From a virus (taxonomy: Duplodnaviria > Caudoviricetes): 52,740 bases of DNA. The position numbers were made by a program, and so were the translations under genes. A model generated the notes under the pieces. It was not told the DNA's origin. It did not search any database and worked only from the letters and a program-made list of their open reading frames with translations. The DNA lies in IMG/VR virus record IMGVR_UViG_3300050015_001011, positions 1 to 52,740 of that record; one strand, 5' to 3'. Shown here piece by piece: positions 28,472 to 38,066 of this stretch; position 1 is the stretch's first letter; each line of letters opens with the position of its first letter.

Positions 28472-29077
28472 ATGGAAAATAATCAAGTTCACGCTTTGAT
28501 TTATCAGATACGTGATTTCTCTTGCCCGGAAAGTATTCGTATACAAGCTTTTGATACGTTATTAGAAGAATTTAGGTTTCTTTTATATGCGGTTACAAAT
28601 CATTTTTTCTGTACGAAGAAGAATAGAGGAATTGATTTCCAAGACGTTTTAAAAGATGTGCAAGGTGTTTTTTATGAGCGCCTACTTATATGGGATCCAA
28701 AAAAGAAGGCTTGTTTTAGACATTATATTTCTTATGCTATTTTTCAATATTTGGATAATTTATATGGGAAATTCTTTCCACGCGATAAAAGAAATTGTAC
28801 GGTGCATCTTGAAGAGGGAATAGAGCTTTCGGCGTCGACAGCTGGTGTTAAAGATACTTTTTCTGAGCTTCATAAATATTTAAAGGAGGAGTATGGTACG
28901 TTATTAACGTTTATTTTTATAAAATATCATGATGAGGGTTACACACAGGAAGAGATTGCCGTAATGGTTAAAAGAAGTCAGTTTTGGGTTTGCATGTCGT
29001 TAAAGAAGATAGTTAAAGATTTGAATAAGTCATTCACCGAAGAAGAATTTACTAATAAGTTTTTTATTTGCATTTAA
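28472..29077 (+). CDS. Second phage sigma-70-like factor
   Basis: WDPKK.ACFRHYI region-2-like motif; EGYTQEEIA...SQFWV region-4 HTH. Confidence 0.7.
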   Translation: MENNQVHALIYQIRDFSCPESIRIQAFDTLLEEFRFLLYAVTNHFFCTKKNRGIDFQDVLKDVQGVFYERLLIWDPKKKACFRHYISYAIFQYLDNLYGKFFPRDKRNCTVHLEEGIELSASTAGVKDTFSELHKYLKEEYGTLLTFIFIKYHDEGYTQEEIAVMVKRSQFWVCMSLKKIVKDLNKSFTEEEFTNKFFICI

Positions 29078-29095
29078 GTAGAGGAGAATACTTGC

Positions 29096-32000
29096 ATGAC
29101 TAAAGAGTTGAAAGTAGTAAAGGAAAGCAGTAAAAGTGCTGGTTCTACAGAGATAGATCTTTTAGTTGAAAGTTTATCGGCCGAGGAAGTTGGACCTTGG
29201 AGTAAAGATAGAGTTGCTGAATCTTTAATGTTAGAAGCAGGTTTAGAAAAAGAGAAGGCAGATGATATAGCGACTGTTGTAGAAGACAGAATATCGCAGT
29301 TGAAGATATCGAGAATTTCTACTTCTTTAGTAAGGGAGCTAGTAAACAATGAACTTTTGGAAAGAGGTGAAAATAAGCGTCTTAAACGATATCAGTGTCT
29401 TGAGATACCTATTTCGGATATTGAATCATTTACCTTTGCTAAGAGTAATGCTAATTCTAATATTAATAACAACAATCCAGAGTCAGTAGCTTTTTTTATG
29501 AGTGAGAATATCACCAAGAAGTATGCTTTACGTAGAGTATTTTCTCAAGATGTTACTCAGGCTCATTTAGATGGCAGGATTTATATACACGATCTTGGAA
29601 TGGTAGAAAGGCTTTATTGCTTTGGTGGAAATATTCCTGAGTATTTAAAGAAGTATGGTTTGCAGGATCTTGATAGTTTGAGCACTAAATCCTTTCCTGC
29701 CAGCACTGCTAATACGCTAGTAGGACATATTAATACATTTCTTTCCATCATACAGGCTTATTTTGCGGGCGCTTTAGGTTTAGGATTTTTAAATATATTT
29801 TTTGCTCCGTATTTAATGAATATGAGTCGCGAACAAGTTTATAATTTAGCGCAGCATTTTGTATTCAGTCTCTCACAGAATTGTTTTAGTAGAGGAGCAC
29901 AGGTTTTATTTATTGATTTAAATTTGCATTTTGGTATTCCGAAGGTGTTAAAAGATGTTCCGGCTATTGGCCCAAAAGGTAAATACATGATAAAGATGCA
30001 TATCAAAGATACTTGTAATAATTCTTGGATCTTTTATAATGATAAACCCGAAATTGATTTAGAGAAAATAGATATCGAGATAAAGAGATTGAATGAGGAG
30101 GCTGAAAGTACTGTGATGGGAGATGTTTGTTACGGTTTTCCTGAATCGGTTAAGGATGATAATATAGAATTTAGGGTTATGACTTATGGTGATTTCGAAC
30201 AGGAAGCTCAAATGTTTCTTGATGTTATTTTGCAGCTGTATAAAGAAGGAGACAAGCAAGGTAATTTCTTTTACTTTCCAAAGATAGATTTGCATATCAC
30301 TAAAGAATGTTTTGAAGATGAGACACAGAAGGCTCTTTTGATGAAGGCCTGTGAAACTGCTTCTGTTAATGGAACTCCTTATTTTATATATGATAGAGAT
30401 TCAACGGTGCTCAGCCAATGCTGTTTAGAGGCTAAGGAGCCTTTACTTCTTAGAAAGGAAGGCAAAGTATTTTTAGGCAAGGCTGAAGATATGTCGACAC
30501 AATCGGAGATAATTGCTGTTGATCCCGTTTCTCATAAATCTGAGTGGGTATTTCCTAAACACGTTATAACGAGAGAAGAGAGTGCTATAGTTGAGATTAC
30601 TGCTCGAGATGGTAAACAAATGCGTGTTACTAAAGACCATCCAATATTAATATTAGAAGATGGAGAAGTAAAGGAGCGGAAGGCCGAGGCATTAAAAGAA
30701 GGTGATTTTGTTTTGCGCAAAGTTAAATGGGAAGATTCTCTCTTTTCTATTAATTATAAAGAACATAAAGGCGTTCTTATAGATGAGGAATATGCTTTTA
30801 TGCTTGGGTTGTTTCAAGCAGAGGGATGTAAATCTAAAGCAGGTGAACTGTGTTTTGCTCTTCATAAAGATGAACTCGATTTAGTGAATAGGGTGTGTGA
30901 CTTTTTTGGCTTGAGTTTTATTCGAAAACAATATGTTGATAAATATCATATTTGGGATATTCGCGTTCGGAGTATTTGTTCGCGGATTCAATTTAAAGAA
31001 ATTTGTGAGAAATATGAAAAGATTCCTCAAGTTATTTGGAATTCTCCGCTTTCAGTTATGAAGGCATACATAGAGGGATTTTATGCTGGTGATGGGTGGA
31101 AATACTCTAATTATACTTTGAAAAAAGGAAAAGGAATAGGTATTAATGATGCTAATCTTAGCGTAGAACTTTCTATTTTGCACGATATGATAGGTATTCC
31201 TACTACGTATAGAGAGCATAGTTACACAAGTAAAAAAGGTAAGCATGTTGGAAGGGAATTTTTTCACCAAGTAATTTTGTATCAAACTTCAGTGTCTAAG
31301 CATTCTATTTTGTATGATAGAATACCTCATCAGCTTATAAAGTTTAAGCGTGGTGCATCTCACTTACTTCGTATTGATAAAAAAGAAAAATTAATTGGTA
31401 TTGATAAATTAAATTCTCTTTGCGACCAAGGGTATGTAGAACGCGCTCAAGTAGATCGATGTATGAATGATCCTATTCGATATATTCCTATTGAAAAAGT
31501 AGAAGTTTTAAGCGGTGAGTTTAAGGTTTATGATATAGAACTTCCTAAGTTTAATTGGTTTGTGCACTCTCAAAGTTTTATTAGTCACAATTGCCGCCTG
31601 AAGGTAGAAATAAATGATGAGGAGCTGATTAAGCATCCAGAGTCAATTAGATTTTGTGCTTTGCAGAACGTAACCATAAATCTTCCTCAAGCAGCTTACC
31701 GTGCAGGCAAAGGTAATTTTACTGATTTTATTGATGAGGTTTATAAGTCAATGGATTTTGCTATGAAGGCGCACGAACAAAAGGCGCGGCTAATGAAGAA
31801 GTGTATGAAACCAGGTGCTCCTTTATATACGGTTGGAAAGGCTTGGTCGGACAAACTTCCTTGGGTTGATTTAGATAAGAGTACGCGGATTATTGGTATT
31901 CTTGGTTTGAATGAGGCAATGCAGTTTCTTTTTGATAAGGGATTGGATGATGAGAAGTCTTACAAGAAGGGTTTAGAAACAATAGTAAGAATGTATCATA

Positions 32001-32638
32001 AATGTGAAAAGTATGAAAAAGAGTTTGAATGCCCTGTTCGACTTGAGGAGACTCCAGCTGAATCGCTCGCATATAGAGCCGCTAAGGTAGATTTACAGCG
32101 ATTTCCCGAGCAGGCTAAGTCCGTTGTAAGGGGTTCAGTAGAAGGCGGAGGCGTTTACTATTCGAATTCGGTGCATTTACCTGTTGATTCACCTGTTGGC
32201 ATAGTAGAGAGAGTTAAGAAGCAAAGTGCCTTTCATCCTTTAGTAAGAAGTGGGAGTATGGTACATGCTTGGGTTAATGATTCTCTACCAGAGCCAGGAA
32301 GTCTATTTAGTTTTCTTCAGAAAGTGTATAATAATACGGCATGTGATCAAATTTGTGTTTCTCCAAATTTTACTTTTTGTAAAGATTGCGATCAGAGATC
32401 TGTAGGATTACTTGATGAGTGCCCGTATTGTAAGAGTAAAAACTTAGAACATGTTTCTCGAGTTACAGGATATTTTTCGAAGGTAGAGAATTATAACGCG
32501 GGAAAGAAGCAGGAAGTAAAAGATAGACTTAAAGGAGATTGTAAAGTAGAAGAAAAACAGTTTTATGAAGTAATTAGAGAAATAGATGAGGTATTAAAAT
32601 CTGATACTGTGTGCAAATTAAAAGTAGAGGAGAAATAG
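29096..32638 (+). CDS. nrdD: Anaerobic (class III) ribonucleotide reductase with ATP cone and intein
   Basis: N-terminal ATP cone, HLDGRIYIHDL..RLYC, SQC|CRL split by an intein, NVTINLP, EETPAES, YYSNS, CKDC..CPYC, SRVTGYF glycyl-radical motif. Confidence 0.95.
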   Translation: MTKELKVVKESSKSAGSTEIDLLVESLSAEEVGPWSKDRVAESLMLEAGLEKEKADDIATVVEDRISQLKISRISTSLVRELVNNELLERGENKRLKRYQCLEIPISDIESFTFAKSNANSNINNNNPESVAFFMSENITKKYALRRVFSQDVTQAHLDGRIYIHDLGMVERLYCFGGNIPEYLKKYGLQDLDSLSTKSFPASTANTLVGHINTFLSIIQAYFAGALGLGFLNIFFAPYLMNMSREQVYNLAQHFVFSLSQNCFSRGAQVLFIDLNLHFGIPKVLKDVPAIGPKGKYMIKMHIKDTCNNSWIFYNDKPEIDLEKIDIEIKRLNEEAESTVMGDVCYGFPESVKDDNIEFRVMTYGDFEQEAQMFLDVILQLYKEGDKQGNFFYFPKIDLHITKECFEDETQKALLMKACETASVNGTPYFIYDRDSTVLSQCCLEAKEPLLLRKEGKVFLGKAEDMSTQSEIIAVDPVSHKSEWVFPKHVITREESAIVEITARDGKQMRVTKDHPILILEDGEVKERKAEALKEGDFVLRKVKWEDSLFSINYKEHKGVLIDEEYAFMLGLFQAEGCKSKAGELCFALHKDELDLVNRVCDFFGLSFIRKQYVDKYHIWDIRVRSICSRIQFKEICEKYEKIPQVIWNSPLSVMKAYIEGFYAGDGWKYSNYTLKKGKGIGINDANLSVELSILHDMIGIPTTYREHSYTSKKGKHVGREFFHQVILYQTSVSKHSILYDRIPHQLIKFKRGASHLLRIDKKEKLIGIDKLNSLCDQGYVERAQVDRCMNDPIRYIPIEKVEVLSGEFKVYDIELPKFNWFVHSQSFISHNCRLKVEINDEELIKHPESIRFCALQNVTINLPQAAYRAGKGNFTDFIDEVYKSMDFAMKAHEQKARLMKKCMKPGAPLYTVGKAWSDKLPWVDLDKSTRIIGILGLNEAMQFLFDKGLDDEKSYKKGLETIVRMYHKCEKYEKEFECPVRLEETPAESLAYRAAKVDLQRFPEQAKSVVRGSVEGGGVYYSNSVHLPVDSPVGIVERVKKQSAFHPLVRSGSMVHAWVNDSLPEPGSLFSFLQKVYNNTACDQICVSPNFTFCKDCDQRSVGLLDECPYCKSKNLEHVSRVTGYFSKVENYNAGKKQEVKDRLKGDCKVEEKQFYEVIREIDEVLKSDTVCKLKVEEK
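30422..31591 (+). mobile_element. Intein (390 aa) with LAGLIDADG homing endonuclease in NrdD
   Basis: Starts CLEAKE, block B VTKDHP, LAGLIDADG motifs MLGLFQAEG and YIEGFYAGDG, VYDIE, ends ISHN followed by Cys+1. Confidence 0.93.
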
Positions 32639-33044
32639 TGGCTAATAAATATATTAAGTCAATCGTCGTTGATAAGTGTGAAAATTGTCCTTATCTTAAT
32701 ATGCCGGGTATGGACACTAAATTCTTTTGTTCTGAATCTGAGGGCTGGCAGGATATAAAAGATGAGACGATAATTCCGGACTGGTGTCCGCTTCCTGACG
32801 ATAGGAGAGAGAAATGATGTTAATAAGGGGTTCTGAAGAATTTAATAATGCTGTTTGTAAATTTCAAAATGATCCTTTTTATCATACAATAGTGAACATG
32901 TTTATTTCTGTACTTAGAGAAGAAAAAGTAACGCTGGGTGATATAGAATCTGCACTTGGTTTGGCTGAATTCCAGGTAGAAATGCATAAAAATCAGACTC
33001 TTATAGAGAAGTACAATAAACAATTTGGAGAAAAGAAAATATGA
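32638..33044 (+). CDS. Two small hypothetical proteins (Cys-rich CENCPY...IPDWCPL; 32814-33044)
   Basis: RBS and overlapping junctions. Confidence 0.55.
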
Positions 33045-33571
33045 AATTAGGTGGTGGTAGGGCTAAAGGTTATGGATTTGAGAATCAGATAGCAAAGTTG
33101 TTTTCGACTTGGTGGGGCATAGAAAAATCCTTCGTCCGTTCTCCAGGCAGTGGAGCATGGGGTAAGCTTTCTAAGTTCGTCGGTAACTGCCCAGCAGGAG
33201 ATTTAGTTACTCCTGATGAGTTTCCCTTCACTATAGAGTGTAAAAAATGCGAGGATATTCAGCTGCATCATATATTAATTAATTCTGAAGGATGTTCTAT
33301 TGCCTGTTGGCTAAAAAAACTTGAAGAAGAAGACTGTAAGATTTCTGGAAAGAGACCAATGTTGATTTTTTCTAAGAATAATTGGAAGGCTTATGTGGTT
33401 GTAAGATGTAATGCTTTTGATAAGCTTGCAAATCTATTTCCTAAGAAAGGTGATCCTATTCATTTTATCTGGAAAGGGTATGCAGTATTTTTATTAGATG
33501 ATCTTTTAAAAGGTGTTACTAAGGATAGGTTACTTGTGGAATTTCCGGAGTTCGTGAAAAATGGCCAATAA
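33041..33571 (+). CDS. Holliday junction resolvase (Hjc-like PD-(D/E)XK)
   Basis: KGYGFE..IAK, RSPGSGA, GDL, IECKK, PMLIF. Confidence 0.85.
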   Translation: MKLGGGRAKGYGFENQIAKLFSTWWGIEKSFVRSPGSGAWGKLSKFVGNCPAGDLVTPDEFPFTIECKKCEDIQLHHILINSEGCSIACWLKKLEEEDCKISGKRPMLIFSKNNWKAYVVVRCNAFDKLANLFPKKGDPIHFIWKGYAVFLLDDLLKGVTKDRLLVEFPEFVKNGQ

Positions 33572-34118
33572 TATATTCTTCACAAGTGATCAGCATTTTG
33601 GCCACGGTAACATAATTAAGTATTGTAATAGACCTTTTCATTCAGTAGACCATATGAATGAAAAAATGATAGCAAATTGGAATGCTGTTGTACAGAAGTA
33701 TGATTCAATCTATATCTTAGGTGATTTTGCCTGGTGTGATAAGGAGAAGACTAAAGCTATAGTTAAGCGTTTAAATGGTATTAAAGAATTTATTATTGGG
33801 AGTCATGATAAGGCGGTTGAACAGTTAGTACGAGAAGGATATCTTCTGTCATTAGGCCATCAGAAGACTATTATTGTTCAAGGAGAGCAGTTTTTTCGTG
33901 AGATTACTCTTAATCATTATAGCATGAGGGTTTGGCCTAAGTCTCATTACAATACCTGGATGCTTTTTGGGCATAGTCACGGACATTTGGAAGTGCCGGG
34001 CAAATCGTTTGATGTAGGTGTAGATGTATGGAATTATTATCCCGTTTCTCTTAAACAGGTAGAAGAGAAGATGGAAAAGTTATCAGATAATTTTAATTTG
34101 GTGCATAAGGAGGAATAA
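33561..34118 (+). CDS. Calcineurin-like metallophosphoesterase
   Basis: SDQHFGH, LGDF, GSHD, HY, GHSHG, DVGVD. Confidence 0.92.
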   Translation: MANNIFFTSDQHFGHGNIIKYCNRPFHSVDHMNEKMIANWNAVVQKYDSIYILGDFAWCDKEKTKAIVKRLNGIKEFIIGSHDKAVEQLVREGYLLSLGHQKTIIVQGEQFFREITLNHYSMRVWPKSHYNTWMLFGHSHGHLEVPGKSFDVGVDVWNYYPVSLKQVEEKMEKLSDNFNLVHKEE

Positions 34119-34119
34119 T

Positions 34120-34494
34120 ATGGCAAAGACATATGAGTTTAGTGAGGATCTACAAATTTTGACGGAAAAAGTTGTTAAAGATTTAGGTGAAGAATTTAAA
34201 TATGTTGATATAAGTAAAATACTTTTTGTTAATTGTAAAGGAGTAAAGAAAGGAAAGTTTGTTGCTCAGATACATAAGATTCATGGTCCTTATGTTCTGT
34301 TAGCAGGTGGACATGAGTTTTTCTTGGAATCAAATGATACAAGGTTTTCACCGCTTTCTCCAGAAGGTAAGGCGAAAGTAGTCGAACATGAATTAAGGCA
34401 CATTAGTAAGAAAGATTCTTGTAGATTAATTGACCACAATATCAAAGATTTTGCAGAGCAGATTGATAAGTATGGTATGGACTATTGCAAATAA
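34120..34494 (+). CDS. Putative phage metallopeptidase
   Basis: HELRH zincin motif followed by DHNIKDF...KYG. Confidence 0.75.
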   Translation: MAKTYEFSEDLQILTEKVVKDLGEEFKYVDISKILFVNCKGVKKGKFVAQIHKIHGPYVLLAGGHEFFLESNDTRFSPLSPEGKAKVVEHELRHISKKDSCRLIDHNIKDFAEQIDKYGMDYCK

Positions 34495-34842
34495 GGAGCG
34501 GATATGGGAGAGATAATTAAATGGATTCATCACGGGAAAGAAGTATTTACTGATGAAGACCAGATGAATCAACATCGTATACATTGTCTTTGTTTTAGGT
34601 GTAAACTTCTTAATACTGAAGACAGGGAAAAGAATTGTCCTATAGCTAATAAGTTATTTGTAATTTGTGTTGAGAGTGATATAACTGCACCAGTATTTGA
34701 GTGCCCTAAGTTTTTAAATAAGGAGAACAGGAATTGACAGTCGGGCAATGTTATTACATTAAGCAGGCCTGGTTGAAGTATTTGGGCAAAGTTAATAATA
34801 AGACTTGTTTTCAAACTTTATATAAATAGAAGGAGATAAGAT

Positions 34843-35259
34843 ATGCCTACATATGTATTTATTTGTAAAAGATGTGTTCAGGAGGATGAGGTTTTTCTTA
34901 AGGTAGCTGATCTTAGTAGTTATCATCATTCTTGTTCAGTATGCAAGGGACCTTGTGATAGGAGATACTTTCCTACTACTTTTATTTTTAAGGGTTGGTC
35001 TTGTGCAAAGGAGCTTAAAAAAGATGCGCAAGAGAGAAAAGCCGAAGCAGCTCTTGTTGATGAAAGTCCTATCACTCAAACTATGCATGAAACAGCTGCT
35101 GAACAACTTGAAAGAAGAGCAGAGAAACGCGGAGAGAAGAAAGAAGATATGTTAAAAGATATTTTAGGTATACAAGGTAAGCAGGCTCCTGTGACTAAAT
35201 CTGATTTAGCTAAGAAGGCTAAATCGCAGCGCGAAATGATCGACCGAAAAGAAACATAA
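34843..35259 (+). CDS. FmdB-like zinc-ribbon protein
   Basis: MPTYVFICKRC...CSVCKG...FIFKG. Confidence 0.8.
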   Translation: MPTYVFICKRCVQEDEVFLKVADLSSYHHSCSVCKGPCDRRYFPTTFIFKGWSCAKELKKDAQERKAEAALVDESPITQTMHETAAEQLERRAEKRGEKKEDMLKDILGIQGKQAPVTKSDLAKKAKSQREMIDRKET

Positions 35260-35274
35260 TTAAAGGAGGATAAA

Positions 35275-35980
35275 ATGGCTATTGTACATGATGGTAGTAA
35301 TATTAGCAATTTAGAAGTAACAATTGAGTCCGCGTTGAGTACGATTAAATCTGGTGTTGAAGGAGTAGGTTCGGATCCTGTTAAATTAGCTACTTATGCA
35401 GAAGCAATTCGTAGGTTGTCTGAAGCTCAGATTAATGTAATGCACCTGAAAACACAAAGTGCCTAGAAAGGAAGCTTAAATGATTTGGTCAGAGTTTATA
35501 TTGCGGATAGATGATATAGATTTGGCTCTTAGACCAATTTTATCCAGGAGATTAAAAGCCTGGTTTGAGAATCCAGAATTTTCAAAAGGTCATTTTATTA
35601 TTCGTGATCCAGGTTCTAATACAAATCAAGTAGGATTTACTGATCCTTATGTATGTTATGAATTTATTAAAACATTTATTGAGCCTATAGTAGGCAGAGC
35701 TATAACCGTTAATGAGGCACAGAAAATTTGGGATGAGAAGTCAGAAGGATAAATGGAGCTTGGAGAGATAATTAAAAAGATGGGCAAAGGTTTTGTATCT
35801 TTAGAACTTCGCCCAATTCCGCCAAAAGAGGCGCAAACAGGTAGATGGTCTTGTACCTACTATCCAAAAGGACAGTGGACAGAACCTTATGAAAGTTATG
35901 GATTAGAATGGGGAGAAACACCTGAAGAGGTTTGTATGAAAGCACTAGAGAAGATAGAAAAATATAAGGAGAACAAATGA
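35275..35980 (+). CDS. Three small hypothetical proteins (35275-35466, 35480-35752, 35753-35980)
   Basis: Tight packing; RBSs before the first two. Confidence 0.55.
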
Positions 35981-36915
35981 TTATACCAACATTTTTAATT
36001 AAAGCCAAAACAATTCCAGAAGCACAGTTTTTAGCTATAAGAAAAGTTTATGAAGAAGGAATGCAGATAAGAACTCAATATGATAGAAGAGATAATGAAG
36101 GTAATTATCTTGACCCGCTAAGTAGAGATGCAAAAGTATTGATTGAAGTAGAAAATCCTTTTAAGCAACCAAGATATCCAATGTTAAGCTTCTGTGAAAT
36201 AGGTAAATATATTGCAGAAATAATGGGAGTTAAAGATCACTTAGTTATTGACACTAAACAAATGTTACAAGATATTAATAAAGGGAATATAATTGATACT
36301 AAGTGGCCGTATACTTATAGTCAAAGGTTAAGAAGATATCCTTCTATGAATGAAGGATATGTGACTAATCAACTGGATTTATGTATAGAAAAATTATCTA
36401 AAGATCCTATTACAAGAAGAGCTGTTGCTTCTACTGCCATACCTTTTATTGATAATTATTTAAAGGAGGATATACCTTGTCTTAGAGAAATACACTTAAG
36501 GTGCACCGAAGAAAATAATATTTTATATCTTCACATGGACACTAAATGGAGGTCAAGAGATTTATTTAAAGGGTGGGGAGATAATGTTATTGGTATGACA
36601 TTCCTGCAACAAATTTTAGCAATGGAGCTAGGTATTGAAATGAATAGAGAAGTATTAGTAGGCAGTTATACTGACTATAGTTCTTCTTTGCATATTTATG
36701 GGCAAGACATAAATAAGTACGATGTAGAAAAGTTTATCAGAGATAATCATCTTTTTGTTAAGGCCTTTACTTCAGAAGAAATAAAAGATTTATTAATATT
36801 GCCTCAATTAAAAGAATTATTAAAAGAAGATATGCAGTGGAATTTTCCGGTTGACAGTTTAGATATGATTAAAGAACTAATAACTGGAATTGAAACTGGT
36901 GCTTTAATTGCATAG
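35977..36915 (+). CDS. Thymidylate synthase superfamily enzyme (dUMP-specific type)
   Basis: YTYSQRL, TRRA, IPCL, WRSRDL...DN (Asn equivalent to the dUMP-specifying residue), SLHIY. Confidence 0.85.
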   Translation: MIIPTFLIKAKTIPEAQFLAIRKVYEEGMQIRTQYDRRDNEGNYLDPLSRDAKVLIEVENPFKQPRYPMLSFCEIGKYIAEIMGVKDHLVIDTKQMLQDINKGNIIDTKWPYTYSQRLRRYPSMNEGYVTNQLDLCIEKLSKDPITRRAVASTAIPFIDNYLKEDIPCLREIHLRCTEENNILYLHMDTKWRSRDLFKGWGDNVIGMTFLQQILAMELGIEMNREVLVGSYTDYSSSLHIYGQDINKYDVEKFIRDNHLFVKAFTSEEIKDLLILPQLKELLKEDMQWNFPVDSLDMIKELITGIETGALIA

Positions 36916-37005
36916 GGAGGATTAAATGAGATCATTATGGATGTTGATAAAAGGATTAGCCGGAGAATTATTTAAGTCTTGGTTTGGATTTAAGAGGAAT
37001 AAGAA

Positions 37006-37464
37006 ATGAGAGAAATTAAATTTCGAGTAGTGTATAAGGAAGGTAAAAAAAGAAGAATAAGTAATGATACTTATACCTTACAGGAATTAATTTTTGAGTT
37101 TAGAGATGTGGAGTTTCAGTTCTCAAGAGATAGTTCTTTGCCTCTTCATGATTGCGAAGCAAATGAACTTATTTTTATGCAGTATACAGGTTTGAAGGAT
37201 AAGAACGGTAAGGAAATATATGAGGATGATATTGTAGCAATAGAAAATCCATTATGTCAGATTCAAAAAGCAAGGGTTATCGGAAGCGTTTTTTTCTATG
37301 ATGCTTCGTTCGGCGTAAAAATAACGCGTGTTGAAAAATGGGAAAAATATGATGTCGAATCACCGATAGGTAATATTCTGTGGTTTTTGAATTTGATAAA
37401 TAATAAAGAGTACGAAGTTATTGGTAATATATATGAAAATCCGGAGATGCTAAATGAGACCTAG
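37006..37464 (+). CDS. YopX family protein
   Basis: MREIKFR, MQYTGLKDKNGKEIYEDDIV, EVIGNIYENPE. Confidence 0.95.
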   Translation: MREIKFRVVYKEGKKRRISNDTYTLQELIFEFRDVEFQFSRDSSLPLHDCEANELIFMQYTGLKDKNGKEIYEDDIVAIENPLCQIQKARVIGSVFFYDASFGVKITRVEKWEKYDVESPIGNILWFLNLINNKEYEVIGNIYENPEMLNET

Positions 37465-38065
37465 ACCGACTACGTTAAGTGAAGAAGAGATTACTAAGCT
37501 TAAGAGTGATGCACAAGCAAAAAAGCTTTACACTATCTGTGGTTATGTTTCTGCTAATAGGGATGGCACAATAACTGTTTGTAAGAATCAAGCAGGTAAG
37601 GGAACACCTCATCCAGGGCAGGACAATTGCAAATGGCATGGTGGATATGGCCGAAAAATGACGACAGGAAATCAGTCCGCGTATAAACCAGAGTTGGTAA
37701 AGACGTTATTTGATAAGGTTGCAGAGTATAAACATATTCAAGAAAAAGATCATGATGAATCACTTAAGTATGCTACAATTCTTGTAGAGGAACTTTCGAA
37801 GATTGATTTGCAATATGCTCCAATAGATAAAATAGAAATGGTGAGGCGCGTACTTGAAACAAAGATAAAGGCAGAAGATTTACAATTAAAGAGGAAAGAG
37901 AAAGGCTTAATTACGGTGGAAGAAGTGTCCTTGCTTTTGCAAGGTATGCTATCCGTTCTTGAAGAGGAAATAAAAGACATAGGATTACGAAAGAGAATTA
38001 CTTTAAAACTTAAAGATAGATATCTAGCTCTTCCAAGCACCGTAGCAAAGCTTTCTCGCAATTAA
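37454..38065 (+). CDS. Probable terminase small subunit
   Basis: CG...C...AG.GT.HPG...CKWHGG motif then helical body; immediately upstream of terL. Confidence 0.65.
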   Translation: MRPRPTTLSEEEITKLKSDAQAKKLYTICGYVSANRDGTITVCKNQAGKGTPHPGQDNCKWHGGYGRKMTTGNQSAYKPELVKTLFDKVAEYKHIQEKDHDESLKYATILVEELSKIDLQYAPIDKIEMVRRVLETKIKAEDLQLKRKEKGLITVEEVSLLLQGMLSVLEEEIKDIGLRKRITLKLKDRYLALPSTVAKLSRN

Positions 38066-38066
38066 T

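Noticed and set aside
32325-32334. TGTATAATAA inside nrdD
   Set aside because: Within coding sequence (VYNN); could be an internal promoter but there is no independent support
34737-34830. Hairpin or ncRNA between 34737 and 34843
   Set aside because: The stem relies on many G-U pairs, and the interval is explained by a 31-codon TTG-start ORF (34734-34829) with an RBS
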